DNA of 64,000 bases from an uncultured bacterium (GTDB lineage Bacteria; JAGRBM01; JAHCIT01): positions 22,061 through 86,060 of the forward strand of contig CAZUMS010000004.1 in NCBI GenBank assembly GCA_964621525.1. The letters run 5' to 3'. The notes below the pieces were generated by a model that was not told where the DNA came from, searched no databases, and worked only from the letters and a program-made list of their open reading frames with translations. Below are positions 30,920-39,636 of this stretch, piece by piece (the first letter of the stretch is position 1; each line of letters begins with the position of its first letter). The translations under genes and the position numbers were made by a program.

Positions 30920-31491
30920 GGCTTGGTTCCGCTGTCTCCCGCATGCGTCAGGCCCGGCCGGAAGGCCGGAACACCGGGAGCATCCTTCGCGACCGCGTGG
31001 CCGTCACCGGCACCCTTCGGCCGGTATTCGATCATCTCGAGCCCGCACTCGGCGGCGAGTTCATCGGCGAGCGGATCGTCGTAGAACTCTTCGAAAATCA
31101 CACGCTTGATACCGGCGTTAATCAGCATCTTCGTGCAGATGATGCAGGGTTTGGTCGTGCAGTAGACCTCGGCACCTGCGATGGCGACGCCGTGGTAAGC
31201 GGCCTGGATGATCGCGTTCTGCTCGGCATGCAGGCCCCGGCAGAGTTCGTGCCGCTCCCCGGATGGAACGCCGAGGCGTTCCCGCAGACAGCCCACCTCC
31301 GCCGCATGGGCGGCGCCGCGCGGCTGGCCGTTGTACCCGGTGGCGAGCACCTGCTTGTCCTTCACGATCACAGCACCCACCGCCCGCCGGATGCAGGTCG
31401 AGCGGTTTTTCACCACATGAACCATCTCCATGAAATACTCGTCCCATTCGGGGCGGGCGTGGGTGTTGCGGAGCGGCGGCTTGTTCTCCAT
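30916..31491 (-). CDS. dCMP deaminase / CMP-dCMP-type zinc deaminase
   Basis: HAEQNAI and [17 protein letters not shown] zinc-binding motifs. 4 bp overlap with nrdR. Confidence 0.8.
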   Translation of the reverse strand: MENKPPLRNTHARPEWDEYFMEMVHVVKNRSTCIRRAVGAVIVKDKQVLATGYNGQPRGAAHAAEVGCLRERLGVPSGERHELCRGLHAEQNAIIQAAYHGVAIAGAEVYCTTKPCIICTKMLINAGIKRVIFEEFYDDPLADELAAECGLEMIEYRPKGAGDGHAVAKDAPGVPAFRPGLTHAGDSGTKP

Positions 31492-31503
31492 GAACCCTCT
31501 ATT

Positions 31504-32799
31504 TCAGGCCCGGTAGAGCGGGAACCGGCGGGTGAGATCCTGGACCGAATCCCGGATCGTCTTGAGACGCTTTTCATCCTTCGAGTTCTCGATGACGTCG
31601 GCGATCCAGCCGCCGATCGTCTGCATCTCGGCCTCTTTCATGCCGCGCGTCGTGAGCGCCGCCGTTCCGATACGGACACCGGAGGTAACGAAGGGAGAGC
31701 GCTTTTCGTAGGGCACCGTGTTCTTGTTTACGGTGATTCCAGCATGTCCGAGCGCGTCCTCCACGTCCTTGCCCGTCACCTCGCGCTTCGAAAGGTCCAC
31801 GAGCAGAAGGTGGTTGTCGGTGCCGCCCGAAACGAGATCGATGCCTCGCGAGACAAGCACCTTCGCCAGCGTCTGGCAGTTCGTGACGATCTGCTTCGCG
31901 TAGGCAGTGAACGACGGGTCCAGGGCTTCCCTGAAGGCGACCGCCTTGCCTGCGATCACATGCATGAGCGGACCGCCCTGGTTGCCGGGGAACACCTTGG
32001 ACTGGATCTTCTTGTAGATTGCTTCGTCGTTCGTGAGGATCAGGCCTCCACGCGGTCCCCGCAGGGTCTTGTGCGTCGTCGTCGTGACGATGTGGCAGTG
32101 GGGGAAGGGGTGTGGGTGCTGCCCCGTCACCACGAGCCCGGCCGGATGTGCGATGTCGGCAAGGAGGTATGCACCCACTTCGTCGGCGATCTCCCGGAAC
32201 CGCTTGAAGTCGATGGTCCGGGCATAGGCCGAAGCGCCGGCAATGATCATCTTCGGGCGGTGCTCTTTCGCCGTCTTCAGGATCATGTCGTAGTTGAGCC
32301 GCTGGGTTTCGGGATCGAGCTGGTACGACACCACCTTGTAAAGGGAGCCGGAGAAATTCACCGGCGAACCGTGCGTGAGGTGGCCGCCGTGCGAGAGGTC
32401 CTGACCCATGATCGTGTCGCCCGGATTGATGATGGCGGCGTAGGCCTCCATGTTCGCGGACGACCCCGAGTGGGGCTGCACGTTGGCGAACTGGCAGCCG
32501 AAGAGCTTCTTCGCCCGCTCGATGGCGAGGGACTCGGTCACGTCCACCACTTCACAGCCGCCGTAGTAACGCTTGCCGGGATAGCCTTCGGCATACTTGT
32601 TCGTGAGTACCGACGAGACCGCCGCCATGACCGCGGGCGAAGTGAAGTTTTCCGACGCGATCATTTCGAGCTGACCGCGCTGGCGGTCCAGTTCTTCGGC
32701 AAGCGTCTGCCAAAGCTCCGGATCCTGACGACGGAGCTGGGCCTCGTCGACGACGAGGGCGGTTTCGGCGGTGATTGATTTGGCGGCTGCTGTGGACAT
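31504..32799 (-). CDS. glyA: serine hydroxymethyltransferase
   Basis: Full-length SHMT with PLP-lysine region [14 protein letters not shown] and conserved [13 protein letters not shown]. Confidence 0.95.
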   Translation of the reverse strand: MSTAAAKSITAETALVVDEAQLRRQDPELWQTLAEELDRQRGQLEMIASENFTSPAVMAAVSSVLTNKYAEGYPGKRYYGGCEVVDVTESLAIERAKKLFGCQFANVQPHSGSSANMEAYAAIINPGDTIMGQDLSHGGHLTHGSPVNFSGSLYKVVSYQLDPETQRLNYDMILKTAKEHRPKMIIAGASAYARTIDFKRFREIADEVGAYLLADIAHPAGLVVTGQHPHPFPHCHIVTTTTHKTLRGPRGGLILTNDEAIYKKIQSKVFPGNQGGPLMHVIAGKAVAFREALDPSFTAYAKQIVTNCQTLAKVLVSRGIDLVSGGTDNHLLLVDLSKREVTGKDVEDALGHAGITVNKNTVPYEKRSPFVTSGVRIGTAALTTRGMKEAEMQTIGGWIADVIENSKDEKRLKTIRDSVQDLTRRFPLYRA

Positions 32800-32937
32800 C
32801 TTGTGTTCCCCGGTTCGTCCGGCCCCAAGCCCTTGGGGGTGACGGATGGGTTTACCTAACCGATGAAATGCCCCGTGGAAACTGGGGGCTGTGGATAAAC
32901 GGGGCGTCCGGAGACCGGAAAATCCGGCAGCCGAGGG

Positions 32938-33372
32938 TCAGCTATTGCCGTTAATCTTGTCGATCCGCTTCTGATGGCGACCGCCCTCGAACTCGGAAGA
33001 CATGAAAGCGTCCAGGATTTCACCGGCAAGACCCGGCCCCACGACCCGGGCACCGAGACACAGGATATTGGCATTGTTGTGGGCCCGCGTCGCCCGTGCA
33101 GAAAAAGTGTCTGCACAGACAGCCGCCCGGATCTCGCGGTAACGGTTCGCCGTCATGGCCATGCCCTGCCCGGTTCCGCAGACAAGGAGTCCCCGTTCGG
33201 ATTTTCCCGAGGCCACGTCCCGGCAGACGGCGGCTGCAAAATCGGGGTAATCGACCGACCCGGCACCGTTCGTACCGTGGTCAGTGACTTCATGTCCCTG
33301 TTTCTGCAGACGTTCGACCAGTTCGGCCTTGAGCTGGTATCCGGCGTGATCGGCTCCGACGGAGATCTTCAT
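32938..33372 (-). CDS. rpiB: ribose-5-phosphate isomerase B
   Basis: MKISVGADHAGY ... GLLVCGTGQGMAMTANR ... The RpiB/LacAB family ATG start at 33372 lies inside the TTG-initiated track ORF. Confidence 0.85.
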   Translation of the reverse strand: MKISVGADHAGYQLKAELVERLQKQGHEVTDHGTNGAGSVDYPDFAAAVCRDVASGKSERGLLVCGTGQGMAMTANRYREIRAAVCADTFSARATRAHNNANILCLGARVVGPGLAGEILDAFMSSEFEGGRHQKRIDKINGNS

Positions 33373-33409
33373 ACCTGTCGAATATCCCCACGGCACCCGT
33401 TCAGGCAAG

Positions 33410-33446
33410 CTGCAAAAGCACGAACCCGCCCGCCTGCATCAGGCGG
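33410..33446 (-). terminator. candidate intrinsic terminator after rpmF
   Basis: 7 bp stem CCGCCTG/CAGGCGG with a 3 nt loop, followed on the minus strand by GCTTTTGC. Modest. Confidence 0.35.
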
Positions 33447-33474
33447 ACGGGTCCTTTAAACTGCATTCGGCCAG

Positions 33475-33654
33475 TTATTCGCCGATGCTGAGGATCTTGC
33501 GGCCCTTGTAGTAACCGCAGTGCATGCAGGCCCGGTGCGGCGCAGTCTGCTCAAGGCAGTTCGGGCACTGGTACTTGCCCGGCGCGGAAATACGGTCCTG
33601 AGCGCGGCGGCGCAGACGCTTCAACTTCCCCGGTTTGCGTTTCGGAACACCCAT
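33475..33654 (-). CDS. rpmF: 50S ribosomal protein L32 (not in ORF track because under 60 aa)
   Basis: Hand translation of the reverse strand gives MGVPKRKPGKLKRLRRRAQDRISAPGKYQCPNCLEQTAPHRACMHCGYYKGRKILSIGE*. This shows the bL32 C4 zinc-ribbon and GYYKGRK signature. GGGAGG RBS sits 8 nt upstream of the ATG. Confidence 0.8.
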   Translation of the reverse strand: MGVPKRKPGKLKRLRRRAQDRISAPGKYQCPNCLEQTAPHRACMHCGYYKGRKILSIGE

Positions 33655-33895
33655 TGCCAGAACCTCCCGCGCCCGTGCCGGTTTCGACCGGCGGCACGCC
33701 GATTTGGCCGCCCTTGGTAATCCGCGCGTCCGGTGAAATCAAGGGGGAGTTCGACAGGGACTAACTCCCTGTATTTAATGACTTTATTCGGGAAGTCATC
33801 CGCCCGGGTCCGAAGCGGAGGGGCCGGACGGTATCCAGAAGGCCTTCGGACCCGCTAGGGTCTCGATTCATTCTGAAGGGGAATGGAAACAGTTC

Positions 33896-34651
33896 TTGCG
33901 GCTCTACTTCCTTAATATTCTGCTGAAAGCCGACGACGCCCGGTTCCAGCGTCTCATCCACCGGACCCGTGAACTGGAGCCGGAGGTCATCGCCTTTGTT
34001 GAAGCCGACGGCTGGGCCTCCGGACGGGGCGAGCAGTTCGCCCGCGAGCTCGGCAAGGATTACTACATCGCCAACAACCCGAGCGGCCTCGATCTCGCCG
34101 TATTCGCGCCGCTGGGCTGGATGTCCCGTCAGGCGGTGATCGGCACAGGCACCTTTTTCCACGGCGCCTGCCGGGTGACGATCACGCGCCCCGGCTCGGA
34201 ACCGTTCGATCTCTATACCGTGCATCTGAATCCCAAGGGTGAAGACCGCCGGGAGGCGGAAATCGGCGCCCTGCTCAACCATGCGCAGCCCGATCCGGAC
34301 ATACCGGCACTCATCGCTGGCGACATGAACGCCGTATTTTCCACCGATCGCATCGGCGAGCGCCGGATCAGCGAGATCGTGCCGGGAAAGGACTCCCCCT
34401 ACTGGCTACACGACAAGGTTCCGCCTCGGGCACTCCACCAGCTTATCGCCGCTGGGTGGCACGATCTCTACCGCGAATGGGAACCAGGGCGGGACGGGTT
34501 TACTTTCCCCGCCGACAAGCCGGCTGCACGCTACGATTTCGCTTTCGCCAACGACGCCATGAGGGGCCGCATAAAATCCATCGCCCTGCTCGACTCGCAG
34601 GCCGACATCCAGGTGTCCGATCACCTGGGGCTCCTGCTCGCCATCGACTGA
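33896..34651 (+). CDS. endonuclease/exonuclease/phosphatase (EEP) family protein
   Basis: VHLNP ..., AGDMN ..., SDHLGL catalytic motifs of the EEP fold. TTG start per the track. Inserted on the opposite strand between yceD and rpmF. Confidence 0.6.
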   Translation: MRLYFLNILLKADDARFQRLIHRTRELEPEVIAFVEADGWASGRGEQFARELGKDYYIANNPSGLDLAVFAPLGWMSRQAVIGTGTFFHGACRVTITRPGSEPFDLYTVHLNPKGEDRREAEIGALLNHAQPDPDIPALIAGDMNAVFSTDRIGERRISEIVPGKDSPYWLHDKVPPRALHQLIAAGWHDLYREWEPGRDGFTFPADKPAARYDFAFANDAMRGRIKSIALLDSQADIQVSDHLGLLLAID

Positions 34652-34657
34652 ACCCGC

Positions 34658-35296
34658 TCACTTCTTCTTGAGCTGTTTCAGCACTGCCCAGCGAGGGTCA
34701 TCGCCCTTCTGTTTCTCGCGGGTATAGGTATCAGGGTCCACGACACAGGTACGCCCCGCATTCTCGCAGGCGGTCCGCATGGGAATTCCGAGAGCCGCCA
34801 GTTCATAGAGGTGGGGCTCGAAGTCGATCTCCTCGCCGCGGTAGGTCATGTCGTCAAGATCGGCGGCGGATAACCGGTGACTGTCGTCCGGTTCGTCTTC
34901 CACCGGCGGCGGCTCGGGCTCCGCCCGGCGGCCGCGCTTTTTGCCCCCGCCCTTGCTGTCCTCGGAAGGGGGTTTCTGTGCATGCTCCCGGCGAAGCAGG
35001 AAGTCGATTTTTTCCCTGAGATGAAGCGGCACCGGCTGCCCGCACCGGTCGCAGGGCCGTTCGTAATCGAATTCGAGCCGCCCTTTCGCTGTGATGACCT
35101 CGCCGTGCTTTCCCACCGTCAGACGGCAGCGGATGGGACTTTTCAGATCAATACCCAGGTGGCCCGTGTCAGCCCCGGTCGGCGAAGGACCGTCCTCGTG
35201 AGGGCCGTGCCCGTCGGCGGAGAGGAGCGGAACCCCGGTGTCGATCTCCTGCTCGCGGGTTTCGAGGTCGCGCAGGCGTACGATGAACGGATTCAT
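34658..35296 (-). CDS. yceD: YceD/DUF177 family protein (23S rRNA accumulation protein) with acidic insert
   Basis: CDRCGQPV C-x-R-C motif and C-terminal RWAVLKQLKKK typical of DUF177. Classical neighbour of rpmF. Confidence 0.7.
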   Translation of the reverse strand: MNPFIVRLRDLETREQEIDTGVPLLSADGHGPHEDGPSPTGADTGHLGIDLKSPIRCRLTVGKHGEVITAKGRLEFDYERPCDRCGQPVPLHLREKIDFLLRREHAQKPPSEDSKGGGKKRGRRAEPEPPPVEDEPDDSHRLSAADLDDMTYRGEEIDFEPHLYELAALGIPMRTACENAGRTCVVDPDTYTREKQKGDDPRWAVLKQLKKK

Positions 35297-35320
35297 AGAG
35301 ACAAACCTAGCCGATTTTCT

Positions 35321-36628
35321 TCAAAACTTCGCGGTGAAACCCGTGCTCAGGCTGTTCAGTTTGTATCCGCCCACGCCTCCGGAACCCGCACCACGGTCCT
35401 CGAAATAGTAATCGAGGCGCACTCCTAACCGGGATGTGATATCGGCGGCAATTCCCCCCGACACAACTGTCGACACGGCAATACCCAGCGGCGGGGAATT
35501 TTCCTCCCCACGGGAAAAGCCGAGATAGGGGTGCCAGCGTTCCCGGAAGGAGAACAGAAGTTTAGCCATATAGGAATAAGTGATCTCTTCGGTGCCACAG
35601 GGAACAGCCGGGGCACCGGCCAGGCAGGCGACGCTGCCCGGCACAGGAGTCCCCGCTTCCACCCGGCTGTCGGAGATACCGAACCGGAACTCGCCCGTGA
35701 GCCAGTCGAGCGGCATCACCCGCAGTCCGAAACTGTACAGGATCACCGTATCGGTCGGTGTGGGGGCGGAACCACCGGTCACAGGCTGATAGTCCAGAAA
35801 CCTGAATCCGAAGATGGGTACTACCCTGCCCCGGATCGTATATTCGGCTTCGCCGCCGTACTCGGCGCGGGCCAGGAAATCCGCATCCGGAGTCGCTGCG
35901 ACGCGCAGGCTGAGCAGGGCGTGATCGAACGGTGTCACATAGCCCTGCAAATTCAGCCGCAGATCGGTCGCCGAAAAATGATGAAGACGCTCGAGGCCGC
36001 CCGACATCGTGAACCGGCGGCGGAAAATTTCGTAACCGATCTGGACCGCCTGACCGTTTTCGAAATCCCTCGGCGACCCGGCATAGGCGTCGAAGGTAAG
36101 CCCGAGATCGATCCGGCCCCGGTACACCTCCGGGATGCGGGCGATCTTGCCTGAAATTTCCGTATTGTTCGGATCGAATTCACGAGCCCGCTCGTAGTAA
36201 TCCCTGGCCTGTCCGGGCCGCTCACCGGCGGCAGCCACATCGCCCGCCAGCACAAGGGCCTCCCGGTTCCGGGGCTCGCGCTCCAGCACCGTCTCGAGTT
36301 CCGACAGGGCTTCATCCCGGCCGCCTTTCCAGTAGAGCACCCGGGCGAGACCGATCCGGTGGGAGATTTTCTCCGGCTCAAGCCCGATGAGCCGCCGCCA
36401 GGTGGCCGCCGATTCGTCGAACCGGCTGGTCCAGCCTTCGAGAATCGCCTGTTGCTCCAGCGCAGCAAGGTTTGAGGGATCCTGCGCGGCGATCTCCCTG
36501 AAGATGCGGAGAGCGCCTTCGAAATTCTGCTGCTGCTTAAGTGCGAGTCCTTCCTCGAACGTACCCGCCGCCGCAGCTACGCCGCTCCAGAGCACAAGCG
36601 CTGTCGCCAGCACCTTCACCCAGTTCAT
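35321..36628 (-). CDS. outer-membrane TPR + beta-barrel export porin (PgaA/BcsC-like, miniature)
   Basis: ATG at 36628 overlaps the GT2 stop (ATGA). Signal peptide MNWVKVLATALVLWSGVAAA. About 170 aa of TPR repeats. About 270 aa of alternating-hydrophobic beta-strand region ending in the C-terminal aromatic (...FTAKF) typical of OMPs. Confidence 0.6.
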   Translation of the reverse strand: MNWVKVLATALVLWSGVAAAAGTFEEGLALKQQQNFEGALRIFREIAAQDPSNLAALEQQAILEGWTSRFDESAATWRRLIGLEPEKISHRIGLARVLYWKGGRDEALSELETVLEREPRNREALVLAGDVAAAGERPGQARDYYERAREFDPNNTEISGKIARIPEVYRGRIDLGLTFDAYAGSPRDFENGQAVQIGYEIFRRRFTMSGGLERLHHFSATDLRLNLQGYVTPFDHALLSLRVAATPDADFLARAEYGGEAEYTIRGRVVPIFGFRFLDYQPVTGGSAPTPTDTVILYSFGLRVMPLDWLTGEFRFGISDSRVEAGTPVPGSVACLAGAPAVPCGTEEITYSYMAKLLFSFRERWHPYLGFSRGEENSPPLGIAVSTVVSGGIAADITSRLGVRLDYYFEDRGAGSGGVGGYKLNSLSTGFTAKF

Positions 36629-38073
36629 TGAGCGGGCTCCCGGACCGGCCGCTGGGGAGACCAGCCGATTCTGCCCCGGAGAAACGCGACCCAGCCGAGG
36701 GCTGCACCGGTCTGCCGGAAAATCTGGAACAGAAACGATTCGATCAGCGTCGCCGCCAGCGATCTTAAGTATGTCGTCGCCGTCAGCTCGCCGCCCATCC
36801 AGCGCGTGTAGAGATTCGCCGACCAGGCATGGAAGAAGATATCGACGGCAAATTTGCCCGCCAGAATTCCGAGAATCAGCAGGTTCGGCCGGAACGTACC
36901 GGTCGCGAGCAGCATGACGAGCGCCGCCAGCGCCCACAGGCCGTAGAGCGGCATCAGCATGTCGCAGGTCTTGATGACCAGGTGGCGCGTGCCGAGCCGC
37001 CCGTACCGCGAATGGCCCACCATATCCCGGTGGCGGAACAGGGTGTCCAGAAATCCAGCGAACCAGCGCGTCCGCTGCCGGAGAAATTGCACGGGTGTCG
37101 AGGGACAGTCGGTTGTCGCCCGGGAACCCGCCATCACCCGGACGCCGAGCGGGGCCCCCCGATCAAGGCTTCGCCGGTGGAGACGGAACATCAATTCGTA
37201 ATCCTCCACCTGGCTCGTCTCGTCGAAACCACCGGCTTCCGTCAGCGGTTTCAGCCGGAAAGCGGAGAACGCACCCGACACCAGCACAAGGACCTGATGC
37301 TTCATCCAGACGAAGCGCCAGAGGAAACTCCGCAGGTATTCATAAGTCTGGCAAAGGCGAAAAAACGGCGCCGACCAGGCCGGACGGCAGACCGGCCGGA
37401 GAACTCCGCATACGACGGTGACTTCCGGCCCTTCGGCAAAGCCGTCCCGAAGAACGCTGAGCGCATCCGGCTCCAGCATCGTGTCGGCGTCGAGCGTAAC
37501 GACCGCCTCGCCAGTGGCATAAGGAAGCGCGGCGTTCAGGGACGCTGCCTTGCCGCTGTTTTCCTTGCGAATCACCAGAAGTCCGGGGAATTTCCCAGAG
37601 CGTCCGGTTCCGCCATCCCGGAAGCTTACGCCCCACTCGCGGGCCAGCCACTCTTCCGTGCCGTCTGTCGAACCATCGTCAATCAGAATTACCTGCTCGG
37701 CCGGTTCAGTCTGCGACAGAAGCGATGCGAAGGTATCAGGCAGGACTTCCTGCTCGTTACGGGCGGCAATCAGGATCGTGAGCGGAATCCGGCCGCCGTT
37801 CCCGGCGGCGGCCGCCGTTGCCGGAAGGGACCGGACCGCCCGGCGGCTCGCCCGGACCATGCGAACGAGCACCCACGTATCGTAGGCGATATAGACAAAT
37901 CCCACCGACCAGGCGAATGGACCGTCAACGGCGAAAGCCGCCATTATAACAAGGATGAGCAGGACAGCCGTTGCCGTAAAGATGACGTTGAACGGAAGGG
38001 CCGAAGGCGCAGTCATGGGGGCCGCCGAACCGCTGCCGGAACCGTCTTCGAGTCCTGCTTCCTGGCGATGCAT
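36625..38073 (-). CDS. processive family-2 glycosyltransferase (PgaC/IcaA/NodC/cellulose-synthase-like)
   Basis: N-terminal TM, GT2 core (ILIAARNEQ ... DDGSTDGT ... DAD), Q-x-x-R-W motif (LRQRTRWFAGF) and C-terminal TM helices. Probable start ATG 38073 preceded by GGAGG. Confidence 0.75.
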   Translation of the reverse strand: MHRQEAGLEDGSGSGSAAPMTAPSALPFNVIFTATAVLLILVIMAAFAVDGPFAWSVGFVYIAYDTWVLVRMVRASRRAVRSLPATAAAAGNGGRIPLTILIAARNEQEVLPDTFASLLSQTEPAEQVILIDDGSTDGTEEWLAREWGVSFRDGGTGRSGKFPGLLVIRKENSGKAASLNAALPYATGEAVVTLDADTMLEPDALSVLRDGFAEGPEVTVVCGVLRPVCRPAWSAPFFRLCQTYEYLRSFLWRFVWMKHQVLVLVSGAFSAFRLKPLTEAGGFDETSQVEDYELMFRLHRRSLDRGAPLGVRVMAGSRATTDCPSTPVQFLRQRTRWFAGFLDTLFRHRDMVGHSRYGRLGTRHLVIKTCDMLMPLYGLWALAALVMLLATGTFRPNLLILGILAGKFAVDIFFHAWSANLYTRWMGGELTATTYLRSLAATLIESFLFQIFRQTGAALGWVAFLRGRIGWSPQRPVREPAQ

Positions 38074-38127
38074 GATCCTCCGCTGCCGGCGGGTCCCCGC
38101 GCGCCCCGCAAGTGTAGCGATCCCGGG

Positions 38128-38162
38128 CATGAAAACGGAAAGGGCCGGATGCCCCGGCCCTT
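38128..38162 (-). terminator. rho-independent terminator of tig
   Basis: On the minus strand: GGGCCGG-ggcat-CCGGCCC followed by TTTCCGTTTTC. Confidence 0.6.
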
Positions 38163-38190
38163 TCGCAGTCATATTTCCGTCGTACGAGGG

Positions 38191-39459
38191 TTACTTCTTC
38201 GCCTTCTCCACGAGGAAATCGACGGTCTTCTGCTCGCGAAGCTGGGCCCGGACGGCCTCCAGCATGTTTTCCTTCTCGTAGAGGGCCCGGAGCTTCTCGT
38301 AGGGGAGATTCGAGGACTCGGCGTTGCGGCGCAGCTCGGCTTCGAGATCCGCGTCAGCAACCTCGATCTTCTCCTTGGCGGCGACGGCCGAAAGGATGAG
38401 GGCCCGTTTTACGGCGCGCTCGGCATTCTCGCGGACGGACTTCTTCATTTCCGCCATCTGCGCCTCGTCCGGATTCATGGCGAAACCGCGCATCTGGAAC
38501 TCGTAGCGGGTCCGCTCCACGTATTCCTGCGCCTGGGCCTCGACGAGCGACGGCGGCGCGTCGACAGGGTTGCGGTCCACCAGCAGTTCGAGAAGCTTGC
38601 GGATACCTTCCTGCTTGGCGCGGTCGGCATTCCGCTGCTCGAGGTCGCCGCGGACTTTCTTTTTCAGGGCATCGAGGGATTCGACTTCAAGGTCCTTGGC
38701 GAACTCGTCGTCCAGATCCGGCAGTACGCGGCGCTTGATGGCCGTCAGCGTGAACGTGATCCTGTAATCCTTGCCGCGGATCGATTCGTCGGTCCAGTCC
38801 TCGGGGACCTTCAGTTCGACGAGCCGGGACTCACCCTTCTTGAGGCCCTCCAGCTTCTCCGTGAGGCCGGGAAGCTGGCCCTTGGCGCCCATCTCGATTT
38901 CCACGTCCTTGCCGTTCGACGACACCTGGCGGTCGCCGATCGTGCCTGTGTAGTTGCCGACGAAGAACAGGCCGGAGCCCAGCTCCGTGTCCTTCTCGTT
39001 GGCGACCAGCACGGCGTTGTTCTGACGCAGGTTCTCAAGCGCCTGCTGGACGTCGTCATCGGACACGGGTTCGGGCTTCTGGGAAATATCGAGGCCGAGG
39101 TATTCCTTGAGCTCGAACTCGGGGCGTACCTCGAACTGGAGGGAGAACTCGTAGTCCTGTCCGAGCTTCGGCTCCTGCGCATCCACCTTCGGCTGGGAGA
39201 TGGGCTGGAGCTTGTTGTCGGTCAGCACTTTCTCGACCGTATCCCGGAACAGCCGCTGACGGACCTCATCAAGAATGGCCGGGCCGTACATCTTCTCGAT
39301 CAGGTGCTGGGGTGCCTTGCCGGGTCGGAAACCCTTGATCGCCGCGTAGCGGGACAGCTCGGAGAGCACCTTCGTCCGCTCTTCGGTCAGCCTGGCGGCC
39401 GGGATGCGGATGGTGACTTTCTTCTCGACGTTCGAGGGACTCTGGATATCGACGTTCAT
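38191..39459 (-). CDS. tig: trigger factor
   Basis: Full-length trigger factor. N-terminal ribosome-binding region with GFRPGKAP, central PPIase, C-terminal arm. Confidence 0.9.
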   Translation of the reverse strand: MNVDIQSPSNVEKKVTIRIPAARLTEERTKVLSELSRYAAIKGFRPGKAPQHLIEKMYGPAILDEVRQRLFRDTVEKVLTDNKLQPISQPKVDAQEPKLGQDYEFSLQFEVRPEFELKEYLGLDISQKPEPVSDDDVQQALENLRQNNAVLVANEKDTELGSGLFFVGNYTGTIGDRQVSSNGKDVEIEMGAKGQLPGLTEKLEGLKKGESRLVELKVPEDWTDESIRGKDYRITFTLTAIKRRVLPDLDDEFAKDLEVESLDALKKKVRGDLEQRNADRAKQEGIRKLLELLVDRNPVDAPPSLVEAQAQEYVERTRYEFQMRGFAMNPDEAQMAEMKKSVRENAERAVKRALILSAVAAKEKIEVADADLEAELRRNAESSNLPYEKLRALYEKENMLEAVRAQLREQKTVDFLVEKAKK

Positions 39460-39636
39460 GTTCTGTGGATCCTGGAAATTGAGGTGGCTGGTTCGGCGTT
39501 TTCAGACGGCCTTCGGGGTCCGTCCGTGCCTTTAAACCCGGTATCCGGGCGGCGCGTTCCCTATCCGGTGAGGGGGCCTAATACAAGAGGACGGTCCGGG
39601 GCCGGGTGTTCTCCCGGAGAACGGCCTTAAATGGGG

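Noticed and set aside
33551-33742. 63 aa track ORF on the minus strand overlapping rpmF.
   Set aside because: It is in a different frame from the clearly conserved L32 reading frame and has Gly/Pro-rich junk composition.
39608-39622. Inverted repeat GTTCTCC-C-GGAGAAC as a terminator for the 39637 gene.
   Set aside because: It would leave a 1 nt loop (the effective stem is only 5 bp) and there is no downstream U-tract on the transcribed strand. It is kept only as a possible protein-binding site.
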